Shown here: positions 1-12,900 of the stretch, piece by piece
Numbering within the stretch: position 1 is the stretch's first letter
Layout: every line of letters starts with the position of its first letter
Assembly (NCBI GenBank): GCA_037447605.1
Contig: CM074810.1
Location: forward strand, 558,001-622,000
Length of the DNA: 64,000 bases
Source of the DNA: Zygnema circumcarinatum SAG 698-1b
Lineage: Eukaryota > Plantae > Zygnematophyceae
Direction of reading: 5' to 3'
The notes under the pieces: model-generated
The model's database searches: none
What the model saw: only the letters and a program-made list of their open reading frames with translations
What the model was told of the DNA's origin: nothing
Program-made: the position numbers and the translations under genes

Positions 1-108
1 CCAACTTCATAATGAACCCTTCTCTAACTTACCTATCTTAAAACGCCTACTCTTGAATTCCCCCCATTTGAATTCAGTCCCAAACCCTAAACCCTAACCC
101 CCCCTCAC

Positions 109-336
109 CTGCAACCCCAATGACGCAACGTGGGTGATCCCAATCCCCCACAGACTCTGCGCCTCCTCTTCCAATGTCCGCACAACATTGCCCCCCTTTG
201 TGCCCCCACCGCCATGCACTGGCAATGCAGCCACTCCCGGATAGACATGTGTCACCACCACAGGCCCCTCCCCGGCCGCCATGGCTCCCATCTTCGCCAC
301 CTCCCCCTCGCGGACGGAGCTCTCCCTCTCTCCCAT
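109..336 (-). CDS. First coding exon of a gene running off the left edge; product uncertain, weakly resembling a dual-specificity phosphatase N-terminus
   Basis: ATG at 336 (alternatives 291, 282) opens M..AAGEGPVVVTHVYPGVAALPVH..EEEAQSLWGIGITHVASLGLQ, followed by the donor CAG|gtgagg at 109/108. GITHV recalls the DSP GITHI motif, but the match is short. Confidence 0.4.
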
Positions 337-399
337 GGCTGCTCTCTGCGGGAGGGAGACGCCGGGAAGGGGAGCATAAAGAGACAGAGGGATGCCACG

Positions 400-1210
400 T
401 GACAGAACCTGATTGGGTGTGCGAGGTTGGTGCCGATGTGGCAGACGCTGATTGGCAGGGAGCAGGTCGGTGGGCGAGCGGCTCCGAAAGCCGACAAAGT
501 ATTGCCACGTGTGATCATATGATTGGACGAAGTTTACTTATGATGACGTGGCGGGTTTTGGTTCGCTAATGGAGTAGGGCGTTAGGCAGGGCTCGCACTG
601 GCGGGAAGTTCGTATTCTCGATTCGGTACATCAAAGCGATCTATTTCTGGAAAAACATGGTATTGATTCTTTGTTTGTGTGCGAGGTCGCAGCGCCGACG
701 CCTCTGATTGGCTGAAAGCGGCGCGACCGAAGGCGCTGATTGGTGAATTTTCGTTGACGTGGCAGAATTTTGTCGGTAGCACGTTTTCTTGACACTTGCC
801 AGAAACCACTCCCATTGGCTCTCTATCTCGCACAACTTCCAATGAGAACACGCCACGTCATAATTTCCACGTGTCATTTTTTGATTGGATAACACTAGCC
901 GTTTTTCGGTAGGCAAGAAGAACTCAAAAATTTCGGTTTGCCAACCTGCAGAAAAATTCAAATTGTAAAATATTATTTTTGTGGGAAATTATTTTCACAG
1001 TGTCAAATTTCTTTGTATTTTTAATTAAAAAAATGGACGTTACGGAGAAAAAATCACCCATACAAACTGGTGGCCATTCTGGTTTTCCAGTTTTTAAGGC
1101 AGGTTTGTTGCTCTAGTGAGGGGGTTAAATGCGATAGGCGCCAGCTGGCGCTCGCCGATTGGCTGTATAACTTCCCACACGTGTTACGGCGCAACGCGAT
1201 TGGCTGTCAG
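400..1210. promoter_or_regulatory. Promoter-like region rich in CCAAT boxes and ACGT (G-box/ABRE-like) cores
   Basis: About 8 (T/C)GATTGG or CATTGG copies (near 410, 448, 522, 706, 737, 882, 1156, 1198) plus CCACGT/GACGTGG motifs, upstream of the minus-strand ATG. Function is inferred from position only. Confidence 0.4.
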
Positions 1211-1307
1211 GATCTGCGCGCGCGCGCGCGGCTGAAGTCCGAAGGCTCGAGGAGAACAATGTTGTTGTTGCTTAGGATGGTGTTTTTCGCCAGCTTTTCT
1301 AAACTCT

Positions 1308-1800
1308 AAACCCTGAACCCTACCGTTCACTCTAAATCCTAACCCTAAAACCATGAACCCTGCCCTAAACCCTAAACAAGCCCTACCATAAACCCTAAAC
1401 CCTAAAGCATGAACCCTTAAACCCTAAGCTCTGAACCCTAAACCCTAAAAACTAAACCCTGTACCCTAAACCCTAAAACCTGGACCCCACCCTAAACCCT
1501 AAACCCTAATCCCTAAATCCTAATCCCTAAATCCTGGACACCACCCTAAACCCTAACCCCTAAACCCTGAGCCCTAAATCCTGAGCCCTAAATCCTGAGC
1601 CCTAAACCCTGAACCCTGAACACTAAACCCTAAAGCCTGTGCCCTAAACCCTAAACCCTGAACCCTAACCCGAAATCCTAAACCCTACACCCACCCCTAG
1701 ACCCCTAGACCCTGAACCTATAACCCGAACCCTAAACCCTAACCCTAAACTTCAACCCTAACCCTAAACCCTAAGCCCTAAACCCTGGGTTTTAGGGTTT
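1308..1800. repeat. Degenerate interstitial telomere-type array of (CCCTAAA)n with CCCTGAA/CCCTAA/CCCTAG variants
   Basis: Directly visible for about 480 bp; it ends with a short switch to TTTAGGG near 1790. Confidence 0.9.
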
Positions 1801-2275
1801 CAGAGGACCCAAAAATGCTTGTATTGGGGCTTCAAAACCAGAGAAACTGTGGAACTTAATACCGAACTTCCTTTGAAGAAAAGAGTGAGAGAAGGATTGG
1901 CATTGGTCTCATCAAATGTGCAGAAGGGGACAAAAGCAACATGGAACACCAATGTGAATCGGTCGCAAATGACATATTTTTTTTCTAGAAAGAAAGGTTA
2001 TGAGCCTTCAGACTTTCGAGTTTAAACTAATCTTTAAGAAAAGAATGAGAATGTGATCAAATCTGATTGGTACAGCCATACATATCTATGCAGCAAAAAC
2101 ATCATCCGCGTTTCTACTGTGAAACTGCTATCATGGAGCCGGGATTTCTGTAGCAGAAAAAATAGGGTTCACTGTGAAGTGACATCAGCGAGTCAATGGT
2201 GAATTTCTCCGCCCCAGTTGAACAGGATCCAAGTTTTGAACCTCCAAAAGTATCCCTTTTATCATCTCTCCTCCC

Positions 2276-2306
<31 letters not shown>

Positions 2307-2488
2307 CTCTCTCTCTCCTCTCCCACACGAAGTCTTCTTCAACCAAAGAGCAAACAGAAGCCAAACCACAACTTGGGTCCCTTAAACTCATATCATTAGA
2401 CCCAAAAAAAAAAAGGCTTCACGCACCCCATTCAAAAACTTCCTCGGTGAACCAAATTTCCATATTTTAATGCTCCAAGTAGTCAGCC

Positions 2489-3947
2489 TTATCCGACCCC
2501 CTCATTGCCCTCCCCCCCTCCCTCCCCCCTCTCTCCCCCCCCTTCTTCCCCCTCTTCTTCAACTGAAGGTGGCTCTGGAGGAGGAGGGAGAGTCCTCTGT
2601 ACAACTTCTACTAACTGTTCCACCACCTCCGGAGGAAGCCTTTCTTCACAGTCCTCCACTACCTATATCACGCCAACAAGCCCTATATTATTATGCTTTC
2701 AAACCTCGGTAAAGTTACACAGAATCTACACAGAAAACAGTTTATCTGAACACTCGCTTTTTTCAAAAGTTTCATACCTCACGTGAGGAGCTCAAAGCAA
2801 AGCAAGGTAGTTTACAAAAGATAGAGTTGAAGAAAGCAAGTTTGAGATTCAAATCTTGCTTGAGTGAGCAGTTAGTTTTGTTCCATGCAATGAAAGATGA
2901 TGATGGCCCATGTATGAGTCTCTCACCAAGTGAACCTCCACAGCCGAAGTTGGACGGAGATTAATGGCTTGAAGACGCTCCGCACGTGTGAGAGAGAACC
3001 CCTCACTCTCTCTCACAAATGCGGAAATTGCTTCCTGGCTTTGAGTCGCAGCAGGGGTCCCCTTCAAGTACTCATAAACCTACAAGCAATCAGCCCAATC
3101 GAATTAACATTTCCCCTGTATACTTCATCCTCTCCCACTACCACTCCCTCTCCGTAGGTCTCTCCCTCTCCCACTCCTCGCATCAACTTTTTATTTGCAA
3201 CTCAGCCCCTCACTGACTCCTGCACCCTCCTCCTCCGTTCTCCGCCCTCTCCCCTCTCCCCTCTCTTCCATTTCTCCCTCCTTCCCCTCTCTCCCTCCCT
3301 CCCCTCTCTCTCCCTCCCCCCTCTAAGCCTCCCTCCCCTCTCTCTCCCTCCCTCCCCTCTCTCTCCCTCCCTCCCCTCTCTCTCCCTCCCTCCCCACTTC
3401 TCCCCTCCTCCCTCTGCTCCCTCCCGAAAATCCCACCATCTAGAAAGTACAAAAAGATAAGATTTAAACTCTTAAACATTAAGACCTAAACTACGCATGA
3501 ATCATGCAGACCTCAAAACCAGGAACAACAGATTCATGTTAAAAGTTAAACACGCACCTTGAATTCCGGCAGAACAGCTCCCACTTCCACGTTTCCTGCT
3601 CCTCTCTCTTCCAAAAGCTTAAGGACTTCATAGTTTGTCAAAAGCCCAGCGTTTGCTTCTAATCTGCCCGCAAATTTCAGTAAAAATTCAACGATGAAAT
3701 CATAGAAAAGACGTATACAATCTACAAAAGCATGCAGGTAAAGCGTCAAAAGACTCCTCTACACCGGGCGTTAGAAAAAGAAGAACCTGAAAACGAAGGC
3801 ATGAAATAGAAGGAAGAGCAATTGCAGGGAGAAATCGCATACATAATTTTACAGATCCTCATACAGAAAAATACAGAAGAACAAAAAAATTAAAATATGG
3901 CCCCAACATGGGTCCAACCTGTGCATACCTCCTGCTTACATTTTCAT
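2489..3947 (-). CDS. RPC9: RNA polymerase III subunit RPC9/C17 (Rpb4 family)
   Basis: Exons 3947-3940 (ATGAAAAT|gtaag), 3663-3558, 3079-2927 and 2662-2489 join in phase: MKILEANAGLLTNYEVLKLLEERGA..EFKVYEYLKGTPAA..AERLQAINLRPTSAVEVHLVVEDCEERL, matching plant RPC9 motifs. Confidence 0.92.
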
Positions 3948-4952
3948 GGGAGCCTCTCCCCGCCTCCTCCGTCGAAGCCAACTGATTCCGTTGGGACCCA
4001 ACAACGAAACCCTAAAAAGAAATTAAGGGGCGCTTGCTTGGTCTACATATTTCATTCAAAAATAAAAAATTTAAACACAAATGATATGATATTTCCCGCT
4101 ATAATATTTCTCAAATATCATAGCGGGAATTTCACTATTGATTTTTTTTTTTTCAGGAAGTCCCTCCAATCCCTCACAGGAAAGAACCCTTTAGGGCGCA
4201 AGCAGGGCATTTGGGGTTCAAAAACAAAAAAAAAAAAACGTACCGAGCCGAGTCCCAGCGTGCGACGCGACGGAAGCCAAACTTTTGGGGTCCCATCGAA
4301 GGCTACAGGGGGCACAGATTTGAAAATAGTTTGCAGCAACTTCACCTTTGACTTCCTGAAAAGAATTCAGCTTTTCCCCGGCCCTGAATCTCCCGAGCCG
4401 ATATATCGTTCCTCGATATGGAAAAGACATATCGTCATACTGACGATATGGCAATTTGATTATTTACCGCACTGTACCGAGTTTGGCCGCGTGCGACTTT
4501 TTGTGAGCTAATGGCCGTTGGATGTGCCACGTGGACATACATCCACGACAAAGTGACCGTCGGATACGCCACGTGTACACCCATAAGAATCTGACCTTTG
4601 GATTCTAGCGCTGCTCATGCATGCAGCAAATTGTTGCCCATCAGTACTGCTAGAAGTTGGTTCTCCAGGTTGTTTTGGTTCATGGGCATTTGATGGGGCA
4701 TCCCCATCGTGGGGCCAATGTCCAATCTAGCTTCGTGCTTAAATGCTTGCCAAAACCGCCCCAATTTCCAGATTTGTTCAACGCCAATTCATCCTTCTTT
4801 CTTTCTAGAATTCTCATGCGATGGATGACAGAATGTCAGTGTCAATGTTGGCCTTCATCCATCATGCAAACAAACTCTGCTTGACCGTTGATCCGTACGA
4901 CACGGACCGCCTCTGCTCGTCCGTACCATACGGTACTGGAGATACTGCAGTA

Positions 4953-6019
4953 CTGTAAGGGGTCCTCATATTTTCGCCATGGTTTTGGCAAATATGGGGC
5001 GAAAATCTTGATTTTGCAAATAGAAGGTTCGTGTTACCAATAGGGCGTGTCAGACTTACGAATATCGAGTTTTTAGTATTACGAGAATCGAGGTTACTAA
5101 GTACTAAAAATCATCGCGCCCCCGAACCTAAACCGAACCGAACGGAAGTCAACTGTACTAAGTCAACGGGTCAACGTTGCGAAGATTGACCCGTGGGGTT
5201 TACTGAAATTGCATTTCTTCGCACGATTTTGTTCGCACCCAAAAGGGGCGCCGAAATGGACGTGCGAAGAAAATACTGGCGATAATCGCGTCAACGTGAC
5301 GTCATGGTTGTTTTCCCGGCTTCCCGCCCGCGCCCGCGCCCGCCCGTGACGCGCAACACGACACAACGACAAGCGGTCTCCGCGCGCCGCGCCGGCGCTG
5401 GTTCTAAGTCTGAGGGCCCCGCGCGAGAGCGAAGTTGCGAAGACGGCGTTTGGAGAAGTGCGAAGACGGCGATCGCGGAGTGCGAACAGGACCGCGCCGC
5501 GAGTGCGAAAAACTAGGCTCGGGAATTTTAGTTTTACTGACGTTGACTCGAAATGTTACGAATATCGAGTTTTTAGTATTACGAGAATTTTTTAAGTCTG
5601 ACACGCCCTAATAGGCGGACGTTATTATGTTAGAGTTCATGTAGGTTTGTACGTATCGTACCGTACCAATACCGTACCGTATAGTACCATATCGCAAAGT
5701 ATCGTATCGTATCTTTCCGTATCGAAGCCAAGATGAAGGGGAGAGGAGCGAGCGCCTCTTACGTCGGCCCGTGCGGGAAGATTCGGTGAGTTTTGCTTAC
5801 CCAGCACGCGGGTTTTGTTAAGCCCGTAACGGCTAGTACAGCAAGTACGGCCAGTACGGATAGTACGGCTAGTACGACTAGCTTAGTACGGCTAGTACGA
5901 CCAGTACGAATTGTACGGCTAACGCAGAGTTACCGTACCAAAAAGTGGTTTCGGCAAAATCAGCGCGAATTTCTTGGGGACGCACTGTACAGGGTGGAAA
6001 ATATGAGGACCCCTTACTG
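4953..6019. mobile_element. Non-autonomous Tc1/mariner (pogo-like) element with TA target duplications
   Basis: Left end TA|CTGTAAGGGGTCCTCATATTTTC and right end GAAAATATGAGGACCCCTTACTG|TA form a 23-bp TIR with one mismatch. No transposase ORF. Internal 9-bp TAGTACGGC-like tandem at about 5830-5920. Confidence 0.7.
5042..5609. mobile_element. MITE of about 570 bp nested inside the previous element
   Basis: Perfect inverted ends TAGGGCGTGTCAGACTTA (5041-5058) and TAAGTCTGACACGCCCTA (5593-5610). The TSD reads as AAT (element 5042-5609) or TA. The GGGCGTG end recalls PIF/Harbinger (Tourist). Confidence 0.75.
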
Positions 6020-6940
6020 TACAGTACTGTACAGTAGTGCTGACTACTGGCCCACCCGGATCTGGAACAGATCTCACGTCCGTACGGGTATATCATTTCA
6101 ACGGTCCAGATCGGTACGTACACCAAATTCGCAAATCGCAGCCGTCCGATGTCCTTTGCTGTTTAAACGTGCGATCGACGGATTTCCTCGCTATTCAACA
6201 CCACGTGGTGTAACCTCAGCCGTCCATTTTCCTCCTCATAGCCTTTGAAGGTCTTTTGCCAGTTTGCATGTGTGATCGACGGCTTCCCTTGCACCGAGGG
6301 TCCACATGGCGTGATCACTGCCGTCCGTTCACCTCCGATGGCCCCTTCACGACTTCTACCCTCACCGCATAGAAGTGGCGCGGGCGAGGGCGAGGGCGGG
6401 GAAGGCGGGGCACAGAATGGCAGGGTGTCGGCCCGCGGAAAATTTAGGGTTACGGCTGCAGGAGCAGGAGGGAGAGGGAGAGGGAGAGGGAGAGGGAGAG
6501 GGAGAGGGAGAGGGAGAGGGAGGGAGAGGATATGGCGGCGGGAAGGAGGGAGCAGGGAAGGGATGGGAAGGGATAAGGAAGGAGAGGGGAGGGGGGGCAG
6601 ACAGGGAAGGGAAGGGTAGGTTTGGATTAGGGTTAGGGTTTGAGAAATGTTTAGAGGTAAGGCTAGGGTTAAGGTTGGAGTCAGCTTCGCAAGCCTTGGG
6701 GCTAGCAGGAAGCGGAGGGCGGGGTCTTTTTTGGGCGGACGGTGGCGAGAAGCGGGCGGAGTTTGGAGGTAGGTGGAGGCCAGTGGTAGTGGTAGTGGTA
6801 GTGGTATTGGTATTGGTAGTGGTAGTGGTAGCTGCTCCTCTTTGGAAGGAGGGAGGCGTGCGGTTCGTCAAGGAAGAGCGTGCAGGGGGTGAATGTAGTG
6901 AGTGAAGTGAAGCTGCTCTCGGCGAAAAGATCAAAAGAAA

Positions 6941-9900
6941 ATGGAGAAAACTCGCTGGATGTACGGAGCGGCTCTCCTCGGCATCTTGCTATCAGGTTTG
7001 GTGCAGAAAACTAGTTTTTGGTCCTTGAGCATTGTTTGTGGGGCGTTGTTTGCGGCTCCACGTGGCATCATTCCATGCAGTCTCTCCCGTTTGACAGGTG
7101 GCTTCATGCTGGTATATATGTCAACTGCAGTTCTGTTACGCCCGACTGTAACAGTGACATGCTACAGTCGCATGTAGAGTGTTGCTTTCAGTTGCGTGTG
7201 CCGTTAGACGCAAATAGCTTTACGGTACCGTGCATTGCAGGGTATGTCGTTGACTGTTAGGAGTTACGATACCCGTAAAACCGAACAGGCTGAGAATTTG
7301 AGAAACCAGTAGTTTCTTAATTCTCAATCTTATTGAATAGGGTTGAACTTTGAACTCTCGAGGTCGAAACTTTTTCGATTTAAGGAAGCGGAAAGTTTTA
7401 AACAAAAAATTCTAAACTCAGTTGGTAATGTCGCACGTGTGGATTCCACTTTTTGCCACGTTGGTTCCGTGCGATTCGAGGGATCCGGTTAACCCGGACC
7501 CCAGTTTTGCCGTACGACTCTTCCCGTGAGAAGATCAACAATTTCTCTACGGAACTCTGGGTCCACGCGTTTTGCGATCCGCTTAAATCTCATTGTTGAT
7601 CGGTGAACCCAAGGAAAACTCAAATTGAACACGAACGATAATTTATTGTTCAATGTGTAATCGGTTCTCCATAAAAATTGTATCGAGAATAATAAATAGG
7701 AATTCATTTCTCAAATGGAATCGTGTTCACAAACATAGGGTTTTTTTTGAGAAATTGATTCTGAAATTTTTTTTTGGCGAAGCCAAAATCTTCAATTTTT
7801 TTTTCTCAACCTGTTCGGTTCTACGGTAGTGCATTTTCTATGCTGGCATGGGACGTTTTGATTTTCGATTTTCTCGAAGCTGACACTGTTCTCTTCCTCT
7901 CTCAATTCTCTTTCCCTCTCCTCTCTGCCTCTGCAGCGGCAGCAATCAGCTCCCATGGGGCTCTTCAGATGCCGGTTCTTAAGGCCGGGGATAGTTCCTC
8001 TTTCGGCACGCTTCAGGCGACGAAGACTATATACCTGCAGCTGGATTTATCCGCCTGCACCCCACAAATGATTCTTAATGTTGAGGCTTTGGATGTGAAC
8101 CGCAAAAGTGAGCTTGTCGGCACGGATGTGAAGGGTTCGGCGACTCTCATGTTGATGGCAAATGTGCTCGGGGAGAGGCCGGTAGCCATTCCGCTCGGAA
8201 ACGGACTCTGGTCTTATAATAACGGAACGGTAACGGACAGTGCAGGTGGGTATTGTGGAGCGAATCCGCTTTGCTTTGCAGTTCTATTTGAAAATGTGTG
8301 TTGGGGGCTTTGCTGATCTCCGCTCTGTATGTCACTTTTACCTGATTACGGTTCGAGCCCAGTGGTCTTTTATACTTCAAAAAAATTCTAATCTCCAAGA
8401 GCTTCAACACGGATCTCAAAGAATTCAATGGAGCTGCAATCCTTTTGCAGAATGCACAAGCCTGCAATTTCAGGAACATTTCGGCACATGCATCATAGGT
8501 AGTAGTTGATTGTGTTTTGCATTCAGCTTGGTAGACTCTCTCGCGCTGAGCCAAACTTGTTCTGTTGATGGAATCGTGCTTAATTGTTTTATCTTCTTTC
8601 CAATATCTATGTCTATTCTTATTCCCATACGTTCCTTTTCTCGTTTGCACCTTGGCTGAAATTTTGTATGGTCTGTTTGCTGCAGCGTACAAATTGGCAA
8701 GGGCTTACCATCTCCTTCACCTCAACCTGTCGCAGTACACAGTCAGCGCTCCGTGGACAGTTGGCCTCCTTAATGATGCGACCTGGGCGAAGCGAGATGT
8801 CAATTATTCAATGAGGGCATGGTGTACTGGTTAGTGCCCCATTTTGTGCAACTTCCTTTGCATCTTGATTGTTTGCATCTTGATAGTTTCAGAGCTCCAA
8901 CGATTTGTGTTAATGAGTATCCTACATTGTGTCGCTACTTTTCAGATACTCCCTCCTGTCCAAGGGACTGTAGTGGTCTCGGAAATTGCTCGATAACGGG
9001 AGTCTGTGACTGTGAACTTGGACGCGGTGGTAAGGGCTGCGCTTCAAGTAAGTTTTTTCTGCGTAAAGTCCTCATTTTCCCAGCCTTTTAGGCCCTTGCT
9101 GCTCACTTTTGTCCGTTTCTATGGCCTTAGCGCTGGTTTTTGGAATCGCTCGCTGTAAAAGAGAGCAAACCTTCTGCAATGGAAGGTCTGTTCGAAGGAG
9201 GATTGTCAATCGTTTGCGGCCTGTAAACTGAAGCACTTGTACCGCAATTAATCACAAAACTGTTGTCTTAAATCGTTTTAAATTTCAACCACCAACTTTT
9301 TTACGGGTTGTGTTGACTCAGTATTTCTCATGATTCTCTTGTTGCTTTGTGTTTCAGCTGTGGACGCTTTACCAGATGGAATGGTCTTTGACAGAGTTCT
9401 TGCAGTTGACGAATGGAACTACTTCTCATATGATGTAGGTCACCTCCCTCCCCTCCCCTCCTCCTCCCCTCCTCCCCTCCCCTCCCCTCCCCTCCCCCTC
9501 CCCCCTCCCCTCCCCTCCCCTCCCCTCCCCTCCCCTCCCCTCCCCTCCCCCCTCCCCTCCCCCTCCCCCTCCCCTCCCCTCCCCTCCCCTCCCCTCCCCC
9601 TCCCCCTCCCCTCCCCCTCCCCCTCCCCCACCCCTCCCCCTCCCCTCCCCTCCCCTCCCCTCCCCCTCCCCTCCCCTCCCCTCCCCTCCCCTCCCCCTCC
9701 CCCTCCCCCTCCCCTCCCCTCCCCCTCTCCTCCCCCTCCCTCTCCCCCTCCCCCTCCCCTCCCCTCCCCCTCCCCCTCCCCTCCCCCTCCCCCTCCCCCT
9801 CCCCTCCCCTCCCCTCCCCTCCCTCCTCCCCTCCCCTCCCCTCCCCTCCTCCCCTCCCCTCCCCTCCCCTCCCCGTTTACTGCATCGTCTGCATCTTTCA

Positions 9901-12900
9901 TTTCACCTCCTCTCTCAGTCTGATTCCCATCTCGATCTCTCCTGCTTTGTTCCTTTTGCAGCTTGGAGACGAAAACCAGTCCCTCCTTGTGGAGCTGTGG
10001 AGAGAGCGTGGCGATTCTGTTCTCTTTGTAAAGAGGCGAGATGAGGGCTTTGTGCCGTATGGGGTGCCGAATGTGTTCGATTTTGCGGCGCATGCAGACG
10101 CAGTCAGTTTCAGGGAGCGGTTGGATTACCATCACGTGCTTGTGAACGAAGCAAGCAGCGATATGGTGGTGGGAGTTTATAACTATGGGGTCGAACTACA
10201 GGAAGATGCGGTCTACAGCATCAGTGCACGCTCAGCTCCAAGTAAGTGATTATTAAGTCATTATTTTTATTTATTTTCTTATTTCTTCTCGTAGCTTTCA
10301 ACCTTTTGTTCGTATGTAGTACTGTTTGGCTTAGCAAGGGATTCTCAGACACGGCACCCAATTTAGTTCCCAATTTCAGAGCATCAGGCATTTGGGGTTA
10401 AGCTGAAACCAAATTTCAAATTTGTGGGTGTATGGATTTTTCTAGAAGGTGATGAGAGGATGCATTTAGCATTTTTAATTTTTCTTTTATGCTTGTGAAA
10501 ATAAGAAAGAAAAAAAAAAGGAAAAAAAGTTGTCAGCGATTTTCTCAGTCCGCTCTACGCATTAATACAGAAAGCCGCTAATGACACAGAATTGTTGTTA
10601 TCATTATGTTTATTTCATTATGGAATCCCTTAATGCAGGCGGTGAACTGGGTATTCTATGTCCCAAAAACTGTTCTTATCCCAATGGCGAATGCGGAAGT
10701 GATGGGAATTCAACCCTTTGTTTCTGCAATTCCGGCTATGCTGGCCGATACTGTGAAGGAAGTAAGCAGTCCTAAACTCGGCGCACTTTGTATGGCTAAT
10801 GCCCTGAAATAAAAAATGAGTAGTGAGTTTCTGGAGGGATTATGCACTGTGTTGAAAAGTTGTACTAGTTTTGTTCGTACTTCGAAAAAAACAAGTGCAA
10901 CAAAGTAATTTTTTTCTCAGATTATGGGAGGGCATGCAACTTCTTTCATGTTCTTATCATTCCTTTTGTATTTTTTTGTACTCATGTTTGCAGGCTACAC
11001 TGTGGCAAGCCTTGACACTCCTTTTGAGGGAGTGTTGCAGCCTGGGGAATGGATGTATGTGGAGTACACATTCAACGAGCAGTCTAATACAGTAGTCATT
11101 GGGTGGGTCTTGTTCCCACTCCCTCTCTCCTCCCTTTCCTTTCTCCTCCTCTCTGCTCCCTTACTTCTCCTTGATCTCCGCATCGTATCTTATTGGCCGT
11201 CTCCTCATCCCCAATTTCCCTCTCCCGCTCCTCTCTCCTTGCTCTCCTTTATCTCTTTTAATCTGAAGAGAGTGAATCTGTGGGTGCCTTTCTTCGGCCT
11301 CTCTTTCTAAGCAGTATTGAGACACCTCCCTCGGCCTTCATCATTTCCACATTTTCTTGTCAGATTCTGTTAAATTAGATCTCATTCTATCCCCATCTTT
11401 CGGAGACTATTTATTCTACTGTTGTTGTAGGTTCTATTCTATTTTGGTTATTTGATAGCTCCCCTGTTCACATGTGCAGGTTTGAACGCGAAGGGGGGCA
11501 GGCCACCCTTGTAGCAAAAGCAGATGGAGTTCCGACTTTCTCCGATAACTTGTACCGGCTTGCATCCCCTCCAAGCAATGCTTCACAGCGCAGTATTTTT
11601 AGCTTAAATTCAAGCGAACCCTTGCATGGAAAATTCGTATTTGGGGTCTACAACAAAAACTACCGTGCACATGGGCCCTGTCATTTCTCTCTCGACTTCT
11701 CTCTCCAAGAAGGTACGGTCTAAATAAAAGTCAGCGTACCCAATTCGCTCCTTTCAAACCTGCAACTCAATTGTGCAATTTTCAGTCTTTTGTAGTTTCT
11801 TACGAGGTGCTTAGAAGTCTTCCGTACTTATAGTCTCACTTATTCAGGGCTTGGGTTTTTTTTTTTTTTTTTTTCCTTACTCCAGGTGAGCTGAGTCTAT
11901 TCTCCAGCGGCCTTTTTATAGCTGTTTTCTTGACAGTTGTGGCCTCCCTCTCCATCTGTCTATGTCTCGGAGTTTCTCGAATTGTTATCGTTTATCGTCG
12001 CCATGTGGAAAGCAGGAATCCAGGAAATGTGAGTGAATCAGCAGACTATCCCCTAATATACTAAATGTGCCTCTTAATTATAGCCCAAAAATGAAAAAGC
12101 TCAACACTCAGTTCTGCAATTAATAAACAACTCTTGCTCACACATGGAGCGGAGGACTTGCAAGTGATATGTTATATGGTCCCAAGATTCGTCTTTGCAC
12201 CCGTAAGACTATTGTAGTTTTGAAGCTCTATTTTGAGCTGACATGAAAAGCAGATCTGGTCTATGCAGGGCGGTGGTGGAAGTGTGGGTGAGAAAGGCAT
12301 CGATGCTTCTATTATTGCCGCGTTTCCACTTGTCACATATGTGAAGGGCGGCTCTACAACCCCAGATGATGCACAGTATGTACTCTACATCACATCACTT
12401 CCGCACTATTTGCTGCATTTTCTGCGAACGATCCGGCTAATGCTTCATGTTCACCGTTTGAGGAGTTCTTGGGAGTGGAGAATTATCCGTGGGGTAATCA
12501 TGCATTTCGTTTTCTTTCGTCGTTATTGTCACTCTTTGCAGTTGTGCGGTATGCTTGGGAGACTATGAAGAATCGGATATTCTTCGAAAACTGCCAAAGT
12601 GTGAGCATCGATTCCATGTGGACTGCATCGACGCGTGGCTACGCTCCCATTCTACTTGCCCCTTATGTCGACTGTCCTTACAATCAGCCGCAGCTTCAGA
12701 GAGCCCTCAAGTAGGGCTTCCAGTTGAAATTCCTCATATTCTAACTGTTATCGCACCCCTTTCCTCTGAAATCTCTTCACCTGACGTCCATCCTTTGAAC
12801 CGCCCCACATCTGCACTAGTTTCGAGCTCTATGGGTTCTTTTGAAGGAAGGGAAGAAGAAGGTGAGAGGATTGTATCAAGCCTGGAATGCATCTCTGCTG

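Noticed and set aside
1308-1800. Telomere-fusion scar or true chromosome end
   Set aside because: The array is short, degenerate and internal. The junction runs CCCTAAA to TTTAGGG, the opposite of an end-to-end fusion.
8470-8500. Extra small exon in the EGF-RING gene (cag|GAACATTT..ATAG|gtag)
   Set aside because: Including it shifts the frame into a stop in the next exon, whereas the direct phase-1 join is open.
9330-10135. Extensin-like Pro-rich and Gly-rich ORFs here and at many other CT/GA tracts (e.g. 17500-18050, 19050-19690, 29250-30700, 43470-43800, 54200-54800)
   Set aside because: They are frames left open by intronic microsatellites, and the flanking exons splice in phase without them.
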